From the IMG/VR virus record IMGVR_UViG_3300045996_000435: a stretch of 64,000 nucleotides of DNA; one strand, 5' to 3'. Source of the stretch: an uncultured virus (IMG/VR IMGVR_UViG_3300045996_000435). Lineage: Duplodnaviria; Heunggongvirae; Uroviricota; Caudoviricetes. The notes under the pieces are model-generated. The model worked only from the letters and a program-made list of their open reading frames with translations. It had not been told where the DNA came from and ran no database searches. A program made the translations under genes and the position numbers. Shown piece after piece: positions 8,429 through 18,795 of this stretch (within the stretch, counting starts at the first letter, position 1; each line of letters starts with the position of its first letter).

Positions 8429-8620
8429 TTGAAGAAAATACTCATAATAATTGTTCTAACTTTAACAGGATGTTGGATGTTAGAAAGGACTGCACGAAAA
8501 GGACATTACCTTGATGGTCCAACAGATACAACTTATGATACGAAATATATGTATTTAAAGTTTAAATGTACAGAAGATAGTTGTGATTATTATGAGTATT
8601 ATAAAAAACCATTAAAATGA
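8429..8620 (+). CDS. Small lipoprotein (TTG start)
   Basis: KK-hydrophobic-LTGC lipobox. Confidence 0.55.
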   Translation: MKKILIIIVLTLTGCWMLERTARKGHYLDGPTDTTYDTKYMYLKFKCTEDSCDYYEYYKKPLK

Positions 8621-8790
8621 ATTATAAGTTTAATTTTACAATAACAAAAGATGAGGTAGAATATCATCGAATACTTTTTGTTAATCCTACTTCTATATCG
8701 GAAAAAGATCTTATTAAGATTGTAACTAATCAAATTAAGACTTTATACCAGGATGCGAAAGTAAACCAAACAAATGAAGAAAATATTTGA
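8617..8790 (+). CDS. 57-aa hypothetical protein (not in track)
   Basis: ATGA overlap; MNYKFNFTITKDEV... Confidence 0.5.
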   Translation: MNYKFNFTITKDEVEYHRILFVNPTSISEKDLIKIVTNQIKTLYQDAKVNQTNEENI

Positions 8791-9295
8791 TATAGTAGAT
8801 CAACGTGTAATACTTAATGAAAATTGTCTACTTATACCACAATTTAGAAATGTAATCGAAAAGTATGAAGATAAAGCACTTGATGTTTTATCTTTTATCT
8901 ATTTCTATTGTGACTATAAAAGTCCTTTTTGTGATTATGATGAACCTCATAGAGAAGAGACTCTTATGGAAATGTTTAATTCAGAGGGTGATTTTACTTT
9001 AGAGGATGTGGAAGTAATTGAGGCTATGGAATTATATAATCAACTACAGTGGACTGCTCCAATGGAATTACTTCAAGGAGCTAAGGCTATGTTGAGAAAA
9101 ATGGGTCAATATTTAAAACATGCCCAAATTAGAGATGATTCTAAAGATGGTGGTAATATAATGGCTATTAATAACGTCATGAAAAGTATTGGTTCCAACT
9201 TAGCTAGTTATGATGAGCTTATGGCTCAAGTAGAAAAAGAAACACAGAAGACTAGTGTAAGGGGTGGAAAACACGTAAGTAAAAGGGAAAGATAA
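8774..9295 (+). CDS. Conserved protein upstream of TerL; possible terminase small subunit
   Basis: TAATG coupling to TerL; helical with basic C-terminus. Confidence 0.5.
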   Translation: MKKIFDIVDQRVILNENCLLIPQFRNVIEKYEDKALDVLSFIYFYCDYKSPFCDYDEPHREETLMEMFNSEGDFTLEDVEVIEAMELYNQLQWTAPMELLQGAKAMLRKMGQYLKHAQIRDDSKDGGNIMAINNVMKSIGSNLASYDELMAQVEKETQKTSVRGGKHVSKRER

Positions 9296-11340
9296 TGCCA
9301 TTTTTTAATCAGTGGACAAATACAGATGAGTTTTGTAAAGAAGCTCAAAAGTTTGATAAATACGGGTATTATATTGAATATCCTGAAGGTACTTATGAGT
9401 ATGATAAGTATTGGGATGAGCAAGAGCGTATCATAGAAGAAGGAATGGTTAATAGTGTAGGAATGCGTATATGTGGCCTACATTATTTTTATTTAAACTT
9501 TGTACAGATTTACAACAAGGAAAAAAAGAAATTAGCTTTTCCTGATTTTTGGGATACAGATGCTTGGATTTTCGATGAAATAGAAAGAGCTCAAAAAGAA
9601 GGTAAACATATTGTTCTTGTTAAGGCTCGTCAAAAAGGAGGATCAGTAAAGTTTGTTAGTATTCCTTTAAAGAAGTTCTATCTTAATAGGTTCTCAATTA
9701 ACTACATTGCAGGTTATATAGAAGATAAAGCAGATAGAGCTTGGGAAATGATGGAGCACATGGCTAATCATCTAGATAGAAATACTGATTGGAAAAAGAA
9801 TAAGAATCCTTATAAGAAAGATTTCTGGAAATCTCAATTTAAGGAAATGTTAGGAGAAAAGGAAGTATGGTCTGGATATAAATCAGAAATGCATAAACTT
9901 ACTCTTAAACAAAACCCTGCATATGGTGTGGGTGGTGCAGTGGATACGTTTTTATATGATGAAGCTGGTCTTGCAAAAACTCTTCTTCACTCTATTCTTT
10001 ACGTAGATCCTGCTTGCTCAGATGGTGCTATTAGAACTGGTACTATGTTAATCGTAGGATCAGTAGGTGAATTAGATGATTGTCAGGGATTAAAAGAAGT
10101 ATTCTATAATCCAGATAAATATGGATTTTTAGCTGTAGATAATGTTTGGGACGAAAAAGGTGGAGGTACAACTTGTGGCTTGTTTATTCCAGAATATTAT
10201 TCTTTAAAAGGCTATATAGATGAATGGGGTAATTCTAAACTAGATGAAGCTAAAGAATATTGTTTAAGACAAAGAGATCAAAAGAAGAAACAAGATCCTG
10301 AGCAATATAGACTTTATATGTCTCAGCGTCCTTTTTCTCCTGAGGAAGCTTTTCAGTTTAGACGAGAATCAATATTTCCTACAAGGTTGATTGAAGAACA
10401 GATGATGTCTATTGAGCAGAATAGTTTGCATGGGCGTACTGTATTTTTAGATTGGGATATAAATGGAAAAGTTTATTATAAAGATATAAATAAATCTCCT
10501 ATTAGAGAATTTCCTATTAAAGACCACACCAATAAAGAAGGTGTTATAGTTTTATGGGAAGAACCTCCTAAAGAAGGGGCTCCTTGGGGAATGTATTATG
10601 CAGGTGTTGACCCTGTACGAAATATTAAAACTACTACTTCCAAATCACTTTCTTCTGTTTATATCTTTAAACGTAGTGTACAAAAAGGCACAGAATTTGT
10701 TGGAGATGAGATAGTAGCTTGTTATACTGGTCGTTATGATGATCCAGATAAGACAAATGAAGAGATTGAAAAGTTAATTGAACTGTACAATGCACAAGCT
10801 TTAGTTGAGAATGACGTTACTTCTTTTATTGAACACATGATTAAGAAGAGAAAACAACGTTTTTTATTAAAGAAGCAAGATGTGCCTATCATTCAAGAAT
10901 TGAATTTAAACCAAAGTAATCACGCCGTTTACGGTATTACAGGTACAACTCCTACTAAGAAAAAGATTTACGAAATGATGATTAACTATCTTAAAGAGGA
11001 ATTTGATAAGATATTTGATGCAGAAGGTAAAGTTGTAAGAACAATTAGAGGTACTAGTAAAATACGTGATATTATGTTACTTACTGAAATGAGAGATTGG
11101 CATGAAGATCTTAACGTCGATAGAATCATGGCCTTTGGTTATGCTTTGATGGCTGCCAGATCTCAAGCTCAACATACATATATGAAGCAAGATCCAGATA
11201 CTAGTTACTTAGAAAAAAATAAAGAAATTATTAAAGGTTTAAATAAATCTCCTTTTAGATATATTGGAAACTCTACGACTTCTAATTGGCAGTCTGGAAT
11301 GACCAGTATTAACAAGAATCCGTTTAAAAATATAAAATAA
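9295..11340 (+). CDS. terL: Terminase large subunit
   Basis: HYFYLNF, KARQKGGS Walker A, FLYDEAG Walker B, YAGVDP and DRIMA nuclease motifs. Confidence 0.92.
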   Translation: MPFFNQWTNTDEFCKEAQKFDKYGYYIEYPEGTYEYDKYWDEQERIIEEGMVNSVGMRICGLHYFYLNFVQIYNKEKKKLAFPDFWDTDAWIFDEIERAQKEGKHIVLVKARQKGGSVKFVSIPLKKFYLNRFSINYIAGYIEDKADRAWEMMEHMANHLDRNTDWKKNKNPYKKDFWKSQFKEMLGEKEVWSGYKSEMHKLTLKQNPAYGVGGAVDTFLYDEAGLAKTLLHSILYVDPACSDGAIRTGTMLIVGSVGELDDCQGLKEVFYNPDKYGFLAVDNVWDEKGGGTTCGLFIPEYYSLKGYIDEWGNSKLDEAKEYCLRQRDQKKKQDPEQYRLYMSQRPFSPEEAFQFRRESIFPTRLIEEQMMSIEQNSLHGRTVFLDWDINGKVYYKDINKSPIREFPIKDHTNKEGVIVLWEEPPKEGAPWGMYYAGVDPVRNIKTTTSKSLSSVYIFKRSVQKGTEFVGDEIVACYTGRYDDPDKTNEEIEKLIELYNAQALVENDVTSFIEHMIKKRKQRFLLKKQDVPIIQELNLNQSNHAVYGITGTTPTKKKIYEMMINYLKEEFDKIFDAEGKVVRTIRGTSKIRDIMLLTEMRDWHEDLNVDRIMAFGYALMAARSQAQHTYMKQDPDTSYLEKNKEIIKGLNKSPFRYIGNSTTSNWQSGMTSINKNPFKNIK

Positions 11341-11344
11341 TAAC

Positions 11345-14104
11345 ATGAGTTCAAGTGTAGTCTTGTCGTCCTTTGATTTACATAAAGGTAAGACAGGTAA
11401 ATATGATCGTACTTCTAGACTATCTGCTCCAATTCAGATGCTTGCTAAAAGCAAAAAGAATCAGGACTGGAAAGAACAGAACTTAGATTGGTACGAACAT
11501 GTTGGCTTAATGCAAGTACAGGCAAAGGCTAAAAAAATATATAAGTTCTATAATATGGCTGAAGGTATTATAGATAAAAGTGATTATATTCCAGAACAGT
11601 CAGAACATGCTCCTCTTATAGAAGCATTGACTAAAGAGAATGAATCTCCACTTCAGTTACGTTTTTATCCAATTATTCCAAACATAATTAATATTTTATG
11701 TGGAGAATTTTCTAAGCGTAATAACAAAGTTTTAGTTAAAGCTATAGATGAGTACTCAATTAATGAGATGCTTGAGAAAAAGAAAGAGATGGTAACTCAA
11801 TCTCTTATTGCTATGGCTCAACAAAAGATTGCAGGGCAATTAGTACAACAGGGAATTGATCTCAATAGTGAAGAGGCTGGACAAGCAATGGAGCAAGTAA
11901 AGTCTCTTCCTGAGATCCAAGAGTTTTTTAATAAGAGTTATCGTGGTTTAGCTGAACAATGGGCAAGTCATGAACTTGAAATTTGTGAAGAGAGATTTAA
12001 AATGTTCGAATTAGAAAATTTGACATTTAAGGATTCTCTTATAACAGGTGAGGAATTTTGGCATGTTCGCATCGCTGAAGATGATTATGAAGTAGAAAGA
12101 TGGCATCCAATAAATGTTTTCTATCATAAGTCTCCTGATGTTCGTTATATATCAGAAGGTAATTACGTAGGTAGAATTTTGTTAATGTCTGTTGCTGATG
12201 TAATTGATCGTTATGGTTACATGATGGATGAAAAGCAACTTCAATCTCTTGAGGCTATTATTAGACCTAAAGGTGATTTTGGTAATATCCAAAGTGTGGA
12301 TGCTATGCCAACTGATCACTATAATACCAGTAAAAAGCCAAATGACCAAGTACAATCTGTACATTGGAATCAAGCTGTATCAATGAAAACGATGTTTGAT
12401 AATCAAACGTCATTTATGGATTGGCTTAGAAAAGAAGATGCTTTTGTTTCAGAAGGTCTTTTGCGTGTTACAGAAGTATATTGGAAGTCTCAAAAGAAAG
12501 TAGGCCATCTTAAACAAATTGATGAGCAGGGTACTGTATTCGAAGACTTAGTAGGTGAAGATTTTGTAGTAACAGAAGAGCCCATTTATGATGATTCTAT
12601 TACTAAAAAAGAAACTAAAGAAACGCTTCTTTATGGTCAACATATAGATTGGATTTGGGTAAATGAAGTTTGGAAGGGTATTAAGGTTGGAGTTAACTTC
12701 GGTAGCTCTTTAGCTAGTAGAGAAGGAAGTTTTGATCCACTTTATCTAGATGTTAAACCTTTGGAGTTTCAGTTTAAAGGTGATGAATCTGTATATGGTT
12801 GTAAACTCCCTGTAGAGGGTTTAGCTGCTAATCAACAAACAACTAGAAAATCCTCTCTTGTTGAACAGATGCAATCTGCTCAGATAGGGTATAATATGGC
12901 AATTAATCAAATAGTAGATATGCTAGCTGATGAAGTTGGTAATGTGATTCTATTTGATCAGAATATGATTCCTAGAACTTCTCTTGATGGAAGTTGGGGT
13001 AAGCACAATTTTGTTAAGGCTTACCAAGTAATGAAAGATTTTGGATTCCTTCCTATAGATACTACACTTGCTAATACTGAAATGCCTATTAACTGGAATA
13101 ACACTCAAGTTGTTTCTATGGAAAAGACTAATCTTTTCATGAGTAGGATTAAAATTGCAGAATTCTTTAAGAATGAAGCAATGAGTGTTGTTGGTATTAC
13201 GCCACAAAGAATAGGACAAGTTTCTAGTTCAGAAAGTGCCACAGGTGTTCAACAGGCAGTAAACAATTCATATGCACAAACTGAGATGAACTTTGTTAAT
13301 CATATCAATTTCTTGATGCCTAGGGTTAAACAAATGATTCTTAATGCAGCTCAGTATGTTAACTCCAATAAAAAGAATGTACGTATAGCTTATATGAATT
13401 CTAATGAAGAAAACATTTTCTTCGAAATAGAAGGTACTAAACTGCTTCTTGCTGATTTTAATATTTATTGTACTGCGCGTCCTGATCAAAAAGCTGTTCT
13501 TGAACAACTTAAGAGATTAGCTGTAGAAAATAATACAGCAGGTGCTACAATATTTGATTTGGCTAAAATTATTGAATCTAGTTCTGTTACTGAAATTTTG
13601 GATACTCTTAAGAGATCTGTACAGAAAGCTGAGGAGCAAATGATGTCTCAACAGGAATCTCAAGAAAAAATGCTTCAGGAGAAATTGGCTATTGAGCAAC
13701 AAGAAGCTGAATCTCAACGAATGTTTGATGCAGAACAAAATGATCTTGATCGTGCTAATGATAGGTATGTAGCTGAAATTAGAGCTTTGGGTATGACTAG
13801 CCTTAAGGATGGAGATATGAACCAAAACAATATTCCTGATCCTCTAGAAGTAGCTAAATTTAACGCTGAGCTTGGTAAGCACTCTGAAGAAATTCTCATG
13901 AAGAGAGAACAAGAGACTAGTAAGAGGTTAAAGGATCAAGCGGACATGAAAATTAAGTCCAAGCAATTGGAATTAGAAAGAGAAAGAGCAAGGAAAGAAG
14001 CTGAAATAAAAGAGAAACAACTTAAACTTGATCGAGATAACATGAAAAATGATATTGAGATCGAAAAGATTCGAGCCAGAAATCGTAATAAGACTAAGAA
14101 ATAA
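11345..14104 (+). CDS. Portal protein
   Basis: Follows TerL; YPIIPNIINILCGE and GITPQRIG motifs; coiled-coil C-terminus; crAss-like synteny. Confidence 0.88.
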   Translation: MSSSVVLSSFDLHKGKTGKYDRTSRLSAPIQMLAKSKKNQDWKEQNLDWYEHVGLMQVQAKAKKIYKFYNMAEGIIDKSDYIPEQSEHAPLIEALTKENESPLQLRFYPIIPNIINILCGEFSKRNNKVLVKAIDEYSINEMLEKKKEMVTQSLIAMAQQKIAGQLVQQGIDLNSEEAGQAMEQVKSLPEIQEFFNKSYRGLAEQWASHELEICEERFKMFELENLTFKDSLITGEEFWHVRIAEDDYEVERWHPINVFYHKSPDVRYISEGNYVGRILLMSVADVIDRYGYMMDEKQLQSLEAIIRPKGDFGNIQSVDAMPTDHYNTSKKPNDQVQSVHWNQAVSMKTMFDNQTSFMDWLRKEDAFVSEGLLRVTEVYWKSQKKVGHLKQIDEQGTVFEDLVGEDFVVTEEPIYDDSITKKETKETLLYGQHIDWIWVNEVWKGIKVGVNFGSSLASREGSFDPLYLDVKPLEFQFKGDESVYGCKLPVEGLAANQQTTRKSSLVEQMQSAQIGYNMAINQIVDMLADEVGNVILFDQNMIPRTSLDGSWGKHNFVKAYQVMKDFGFLPIDTTLANTEMPINWNNTQVVSMEKTNLFMSRIKIAEFFKNEAMSVVGITPQRIGQVSSSESATGVQQAVNNSYAQTEMNFVNHINFLMPRVKQMILNAAQYVNSNKKNVRIAYMNSNEENIFFEIEGTKLLLADFNIYCTARPDQKAVLEQLKRLAVENNTAGATIFDLAKIIESSSVTEILDTLKRSVQKAEEQMMSQQESQEKMLQEKLAIEQQEAESQRMFDAEQNDLDRANDRYVAEIRALGMTSLKDGDMNQNNIPDPLEVAKFNAELGKHSEEILMKREQETSKRLKDQADMKIKSKQLELERERARKEAEIKEKQLKLDRDNMKNDIEIEKIRARNRNKTKK

Positions 14105-14148
14105 TTAGTTATATATTGCGAACTTCCAAACAAATAAAGTGTGAAAAA

Positions 14149-14178
14149 TTTGGTAGAGTCAAAATTATTTTATATTAT
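14149..14178 (+). promoter_or_regulatory. Variant (late?) promoter
   Basis: TTTG 14149-14152; TATATTAT 14171-14178 (18-nt spacer). Confidence 0.5.
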
Positions 14179-14199
14179 TAATTAAAACCAATAAGATTT

Positions 14200-15429
14200 A
14201 TGTCTCAAGACATGCAAGAAACCTTCTTGTCGACTTTAGCTGATGATTTAGCAGCAAGTCTATTTGATGGTGCAGGTAGTTCTTCTAATGTTATTACTCC
14301 TACGGATACCGATCCTTCTAAAGAAGAAGCAGGTACTCCAGATCCAGCCAAAGTAGCTGTGAAACATAAGTCCTTCAGTAATCCAGTGGATGATGTATCT
14401 ACTGATGAATTAATTGGAGACTTACTGAAAGATGATGACAAAGTAGAGTCAACTCCAGCAGTTGAAGCTACAGCTCAACAACTTCCGCCTAAAGCGACTA
14501 AGAAAGACAAGAAAAACACAGAGTTAGGATTTGATATTGGAGATCTTTATAAAGAGGGTTTAATTTCCCCTTATGAAGATGAAGCTCCAATTACTAATGT
14601 TGATGAGTTTAAAGCTCTATTAAAAGCTAATAGGGAAGAACTTGTAGAAGAAACAAAAGAAGAAGCTTTAAAGTTATATAAGGATTCTCTTCCAGAACAA
14701 GCTAAGATTCTATTAGAATATGCTGAAAAAGGTGGAGAAGAGTTTAGTAGACTTATTAAATATTTGAATCAGGATCAGACAGTTAAAGAAATTAATTTAG
14801 AAAGTCCTGAAGATCAAAAGGAAATTATTCGTCAGTATTACGCAAGTCAGGAGTGGACGCCTGAGGAAATCAGAGATGAGATCGAGGATCTTCTTGATTC
14901 TGGCGAAGAAAAACTCAAAGAAAGAGCCTCTAGGCTTAAACCTAAGTTGGATGCTATGAATCAAAAACAGATTGAGGCCCAACTTAAAGAAGCTGATATG
15001 CTTGAACAACGTAGGCAAGAAGCTCGTGAATTTTACGTATCAAACGTTGTAGATACATTAAAAAAAGGTAAACTAGGTAGTTTGCCAATTACTAAAGACG
15101 AGCAGGCTGATATATATAAAGCCCTTATAGAGGAAAGATATAACAGCTTGAGCGGAACAACAAATAGACTAGGTGCTTTATTGGATGAAATTCAGTATAT
15201 TAAACCTAACTATGAACTTTTGGGAAAAGTAATGCTAATGCTTAGTGACCCAGAAGGTTATGATAAAAAAATATTAGATAGAGTTAAACAAGAAGTTACA
15301 GCAGATACTGTAAAGAAACTTAAGAGCCAACAAGGTCTAAAAAAGACTGGAGCTGGTTTGGAAACAAGAGGATCTGGTAATAAGCTTCCAAGGTTGAATT
15401 CTAATTTTAAAAATCCCTTTCAAGATTAA
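14200..15429 (+). CDS. Acidic scaffold-like head assembly protein
   Basis: Acidic disordered N-terminus, helical body; between portal and MCP. Confidence 0.6.
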   Translation: MSQDMQETFLSTLADDLAASLFDGAGSSSNVITPTDTDPSKEEAGTPDPAKVAVKHKSFSNPVDDVSTDELIGDLLKDDDKVESTPAVEATAQQLPPKATKKDKKNTELGFDIGDLYKEGLISPYEDEAPITNVDEFKALLKANREELVEETKEEALKLYKDSLPEQAKILLEYAEKGGEEFSRLIKYLNQDQTVKEINLESPEDQKEIIRQYYASQEWTPEEIRDEIEDLLDSGEEKLKERASRLKPKLDAMNQKQIEAQLKEADMLEQRRQEAREFYVSNVVDTLKKGKLGSLPITKDEQADIYKALIEERYNSLSGTTNRLGALLDEIQYIKPNYELLGKVMLMLSDPEGYDKKILDRVKQEVTADTVKKLKSQQGLKKTGAGLETRGSGNKLPRLNSNFKNPFQD

Positions 15430-15449
15430 TTTAAAAAGTAACATAAATT

Positions 15450-17069
15450 ATGGCAACACCAGTTTTAAATAACGGTATTTTTCTAAGAGATACAAGCTTC
15501 AGTGCAGGATCGCACCTTGACATGTATCACTTGTCTAATATGGGTTATACCGAAGACTCTCGCAAGAATGACTTTGGTGTAATTGATATTTGGGCATTAA
15601 AACAAAAGGCTGAGATGCCTTTGTATTCAATGGCTTCTTTTGGCGGTAAAAATGTTATCCCCGTAGATGGTCACTATTTTGAGTGGGGTATTCCAGTTGT
15701 AACCGATATTCCTCATATGGTTGAGGACATCTCCGGTACAGTTACTCCAGGTATTGATGGGCAGAAGTTCAAAATTCTTGTAAGTGAAAAAGCATTCGGT
15801 CACGGAGCTATCATTACTTACGATAAGATGAACGGTAAAGAAATGTTCGTTGAAGATGATGCAATTGTACAGCGTGGTGATTACTTCGAGTACACTGTGT
15901 CTCTTGTACGTTCAGGTCGTGCTGATGAGTATCTGAGCCCTACATTTCTTAAAGCTGGTACTAAACTCTTTAGAGTTGGTTCTGCTAAAGGTGATTATGG
16001 TCAAAAATTCGATGAAGTACAGTTTAAAGGTGGTGTTCGTAAGTTCTACAACTTCGTAGGTCTTGCTGAAGCACATAAGACTTTGTCTGTATCTCGTTGG
16101 GCTGACATGGTTAAGTTGAGGAAAGATATCCTTGAGATCTATCAGATCGCAGGTACTAATACAGATCCTTCTGTAAACTTGGCTCAACTTCGTACTAAGT
16201 TTGGTTCTGATGTAGACTTTAAGAGCTACGTTAAAGGTAATATTCAGTCTTTCCGTTGGTTACCAAAAGCGGAGGCTGCTTTGATTTCTGAGATTGGTCG
16301 TGATATTGAAAACCAATTGATGTGGGGTAAAGGTGGTCGTATTCAAGGTCAAGGTCCAGATGATATGAAAATGTCAGTTGGTCTTTGGAAGCAATTGGAT
16401 AATGGTAATAAAGTAATCTTTACTAGGGAATCATTCTCTATGAAGATGTTTAAAAACGCTATCTACAATTACTTTAATGGCAAGGTTAACTTCGACAAAT
16501 CTGATTCAGGTCGTTTGCTCGTAGTTCAAACTGGTCTTGGTGGTATGGAAATGATTACCCAAGCTATTGCTAGAGAAGTAGGCGGTTCAGGTATGCTGTT
16601 GAATGCTAAAGAAGTTGGTGCTCTTAGCGGTGATGCAATGAACCTCGTATGGGGTGTAAACTGGACTGGATTTAATATTCCGTTCCTCGCTAACGTTAGG
16701 TTTGTGGTTAACCCTGCATTTGATAATAAAGAACAAAATGATATTGAAAATCCAAATATTGATGGTCATCCGTTGACTTCGTATTCTTTCATTATCTATG
16801 ATTTTAACAACGAACAAGGTAATGACAACATTGTATTGTTGAAGTATGCACCGGATGGTGACCTTAGAGCTTCTGATCTTCACTGGAACTATCAACAAGG
16901 TACAATGCCTTATGGTGGTCTTGGTGCTGCGAAAGGATTCCTTTCTAGTGGTAACTTCTCTGGTTTCGTAGTTAATATGTTCCAGCGTTATCCAGCAATT
17001 TTTGTAAAAGATCCTACTAAGGTTCTGAAACTGGTTATGAAGAACCCAATTACTGGCGGTAGCTTCTAA
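15450..17069 (+). CDS. Major capsid protein
   Basis: 539 aa; strong codon bias; QLMWGKGG and IFVKDPTK motifs; crAss-like position. Confidence 0.85.
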   Translation: MATPVLNNGIFLRDTSFSAGSHLDMYHLSNMGYTEDSRKNDFGVIDIWALKQKAEMPLYSMASFGGKNVIPVDGHYFEWGIPVVTDIPHMVEDISGTVTPGIDGQKFKILVSEKAFGHGAIITYDKMNGKEMFVEDDAIVQRGDYFEYTVSLVRSGRADEYLSPTFLKAGTKLFRVGSAKGDYGQKFDEVQFKGGVRKFYNFVGLAEAHKTLSVSRWADMVKLRKDILEIYQIAGTNTDPSVNLAQLRTKFGSDVDFKSYVKGNIQSFRWLPKAEAALISEIGRDIENQLMWGKGGRIQGQGPDDMKMSVGLWKQLDNGNKVIFTRESFSMKMFKNAIYNYFNGKVNFDKSDSGRLLVVQTGLGGMEMITQAIAREVGGSGMLLNAKEVGALSGDAMNLVWGVNWTGFNIPFLANVRFVVNPAFDNKEQNDIENPNIDGHPLTSYSFIIYDFNNEQGNDNIVLLKYAPDGDLRASDLHWNYQQGTMPYGGLGAAKGFLSSGNFSGFVVNMFQRYPAIFVKDPTKVLKLVMKNPITGGSF

Positions 17070-17105
17070 TTGAACTTCCTTCTTGTTTCTATATATATTA
17101 GGTTC

Positions 17106-17126
17106 GGGGAGTACCTTAAACTCCCC
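17106..17126 (+). terminator. Stem-loop after MCP
   Basis: GGGGAGT-ACCTTAA-ACTCCCC; weak T tract, probably leaky or stabilising. Confidence 0.55.
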
Positions 17127-17152
17127 AAATTTTAAACCAAAAAAACCAATAA

Positions 17153-18082
17153 ATGAATAAAGTTAAGGTTTCTATTGAACCATATTTTGAGGCAGAAGTG
17201 CCTAATATGGGATTAGAAAAATATGGAATGGTAACATTTCCTGACACTGAAGTTAGAGAATTTGTTTCTCAAGATATTAATGGACGGTATATAACAGGTA
17301 TTGACCCTGATGCACCAGCCATAACAAATATCGAAGATGATGAAGAAAGAGAAGCAAAACTTAAACAAATACAAGAGATTAAAAGCCGACTCGAAAGAGT
17401 TTTTGGTAAAGATAACTTGGATGCTAGAAACGGTAATTTCTGGAATAATTTTGAACTTGTAGTTCATAATAATAAGAAAGAACTAGATCTAAAAATGCCT
17501 AAGGATGAATTACTTTATCATGCCGTCAAAGCTGGCGGTTTTGAACTAGTAGCTCCTGACTATGATACTGCTCGTACTTCCCCAAAAGAGTTTAAATACT
17601 ATATGAGGAAGGAAGACGAAGATGCAGATATTAAAATCAGATTTACAATCTTGATTAACGAGGCCAAATCGAAACTTAACGAAATGTATCATACAGATCC
17701 TGCTTTGATGTTTAGGATTGCAAAAGTGATACTCCCTTCGTCTACTAGTTTTAAGCCTACTACTGCACCTGGGTTGATTTATCAGAAGCTTAATGATTTT
17801 ATTGAGGGCAAAGTTGTCAAAACAACAAAAAGAGAAACAGCTACTCAATTTATAAGTGCATGTTCTACTGATAGAGAGACATTGACCATTACCGGATTAG
17901 TCCAAGATGCAATTTACTACAGTATAATTGTACAAGAAAAAGATGGTCATTTTTATAACAGGGAAACAGAGGCAAGATACGGCAAAACAGTCAAGGAGAT
18001 CGTTGCGTTTCTTAAAAATCCTATTAACTCTTCAGACTTAGAAAACATAACAAAGAGAGTAGAGACTAAATGGCGTAACTAA
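17153..18082 (+). CDS. Conserved crAss-like protein following MCP
   Basis: Synteny; 309 aa. Confidence 0.6.
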   Translation: MNKVKVSIEPYFEAEVPNMGLEKYGMVTFPDTEVREFVSQDINGRYITGIDPDAPAITNIEDDEEREAKLKQIQEIKSRLERVFGKDNLDARNGNFWNNFELVVHNNKKELDLKMPKDELLYHAVKAGGFELVAPDYDTARTSPKEFKYYMRKEDEDADIKIRFTILINEAKSKLNEMYHTDPALMFRIAKVILPSSTSFKPTTAPGLIYQKLNDFIEGKVVKTTKRETATQFISACSTDRETLTITGLVQDAIYYSIIVQEKDGHFYNRETEARYGKTVKEIVAFLKNPINSSDLENITKRVETKWRN

Positions 18083-18774
18083 TGAAAGTACAATGGATTC
18101 CAGTAAAAATTAAAGAACGACTTCAAAAACTGGATAGTTCTGATTATACAAATCTGGAATGTTGGCAGTTCGTAGAAGCGTTTAATAAAGCTCAACTTGA
18201 GTGGGTTCGTTCAGCATTAGATCCTAGAAATAGTAAAAATGAGGGTGCTGAAAGTAATCTAAAGAGAACTAATGATTTATCTATTCTTCTTACACAGTCT
18301 ACTTTAATGGGTGTGAATAAGAATGAATTTTTTGAGTCTCAAGTTCTTCCAGAGGATTATTTACAATACAGGCGTTTAGCAGTATATGCTGTTAAAGAGA
18401 CTTGTAAGAACCAGAAAATGGTATGTGATTTACGAGAAGAAGCTAATGTGGATGAACTTCTAGGAGATCATAATACTAAGCCTAGTTTTGAGTGGAGAGA
18501 AACATTCTCTACTTTAATAGGTGGAAAACTTAGGGTATATAAAGACGAATTTAATGTTGAAAAAACAGAGCTCGTTTATTATAGAAAACCTATAAATATA
18601 AGTCTATCAAATTGTCCTGATATAACAGGTCAGTTAGGTACCAATATAGATCCTGAATTACCAGATGATGTAGTTGAGCTTATCATAGATGATGCTGCAG
18701 CTATTTTAGCAGGAGATATAGAATCTATAAATCAGGTACAAATATTAAATAATCGTTCAGAGAAAAATAAATAA
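18082..18774 (+). CDS. Tail ring / head-tail adaptor protein
   Basis: FNKAQ, LPEDYL, YYRKP, ELPD..ELII pattern. Confidence 0.65.
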   Translation: MKVQWIPVKIKERLQKLDSSDYTNLECWQFVEAFNKAQLEWVRSALDPRNSKNEGAESNLKRTNDLSILLTQSTLMGVNKNEFFESQVLPEDYLQYRRLAVYAVKETCKNQKMVCDLREEANVDELLGDHNTKPSFEWRETFSTLIGGKLRVYKDEFNVEKTELVYYRKPINISLSNCPDITGQLGTNIDPELPDDVVELIIDDAAAILAGDIESINQVQILNNRSEKNK

Positions 18775-18795
18775 ATAATTTAAACTTAATTAATA

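Noticed and set aside
9295..17069. Introns or inteins in TerL, portal or MCP
   Set aside because: Normal lengths, continuous frames, no splicing or homing-endonuclease motifs seen
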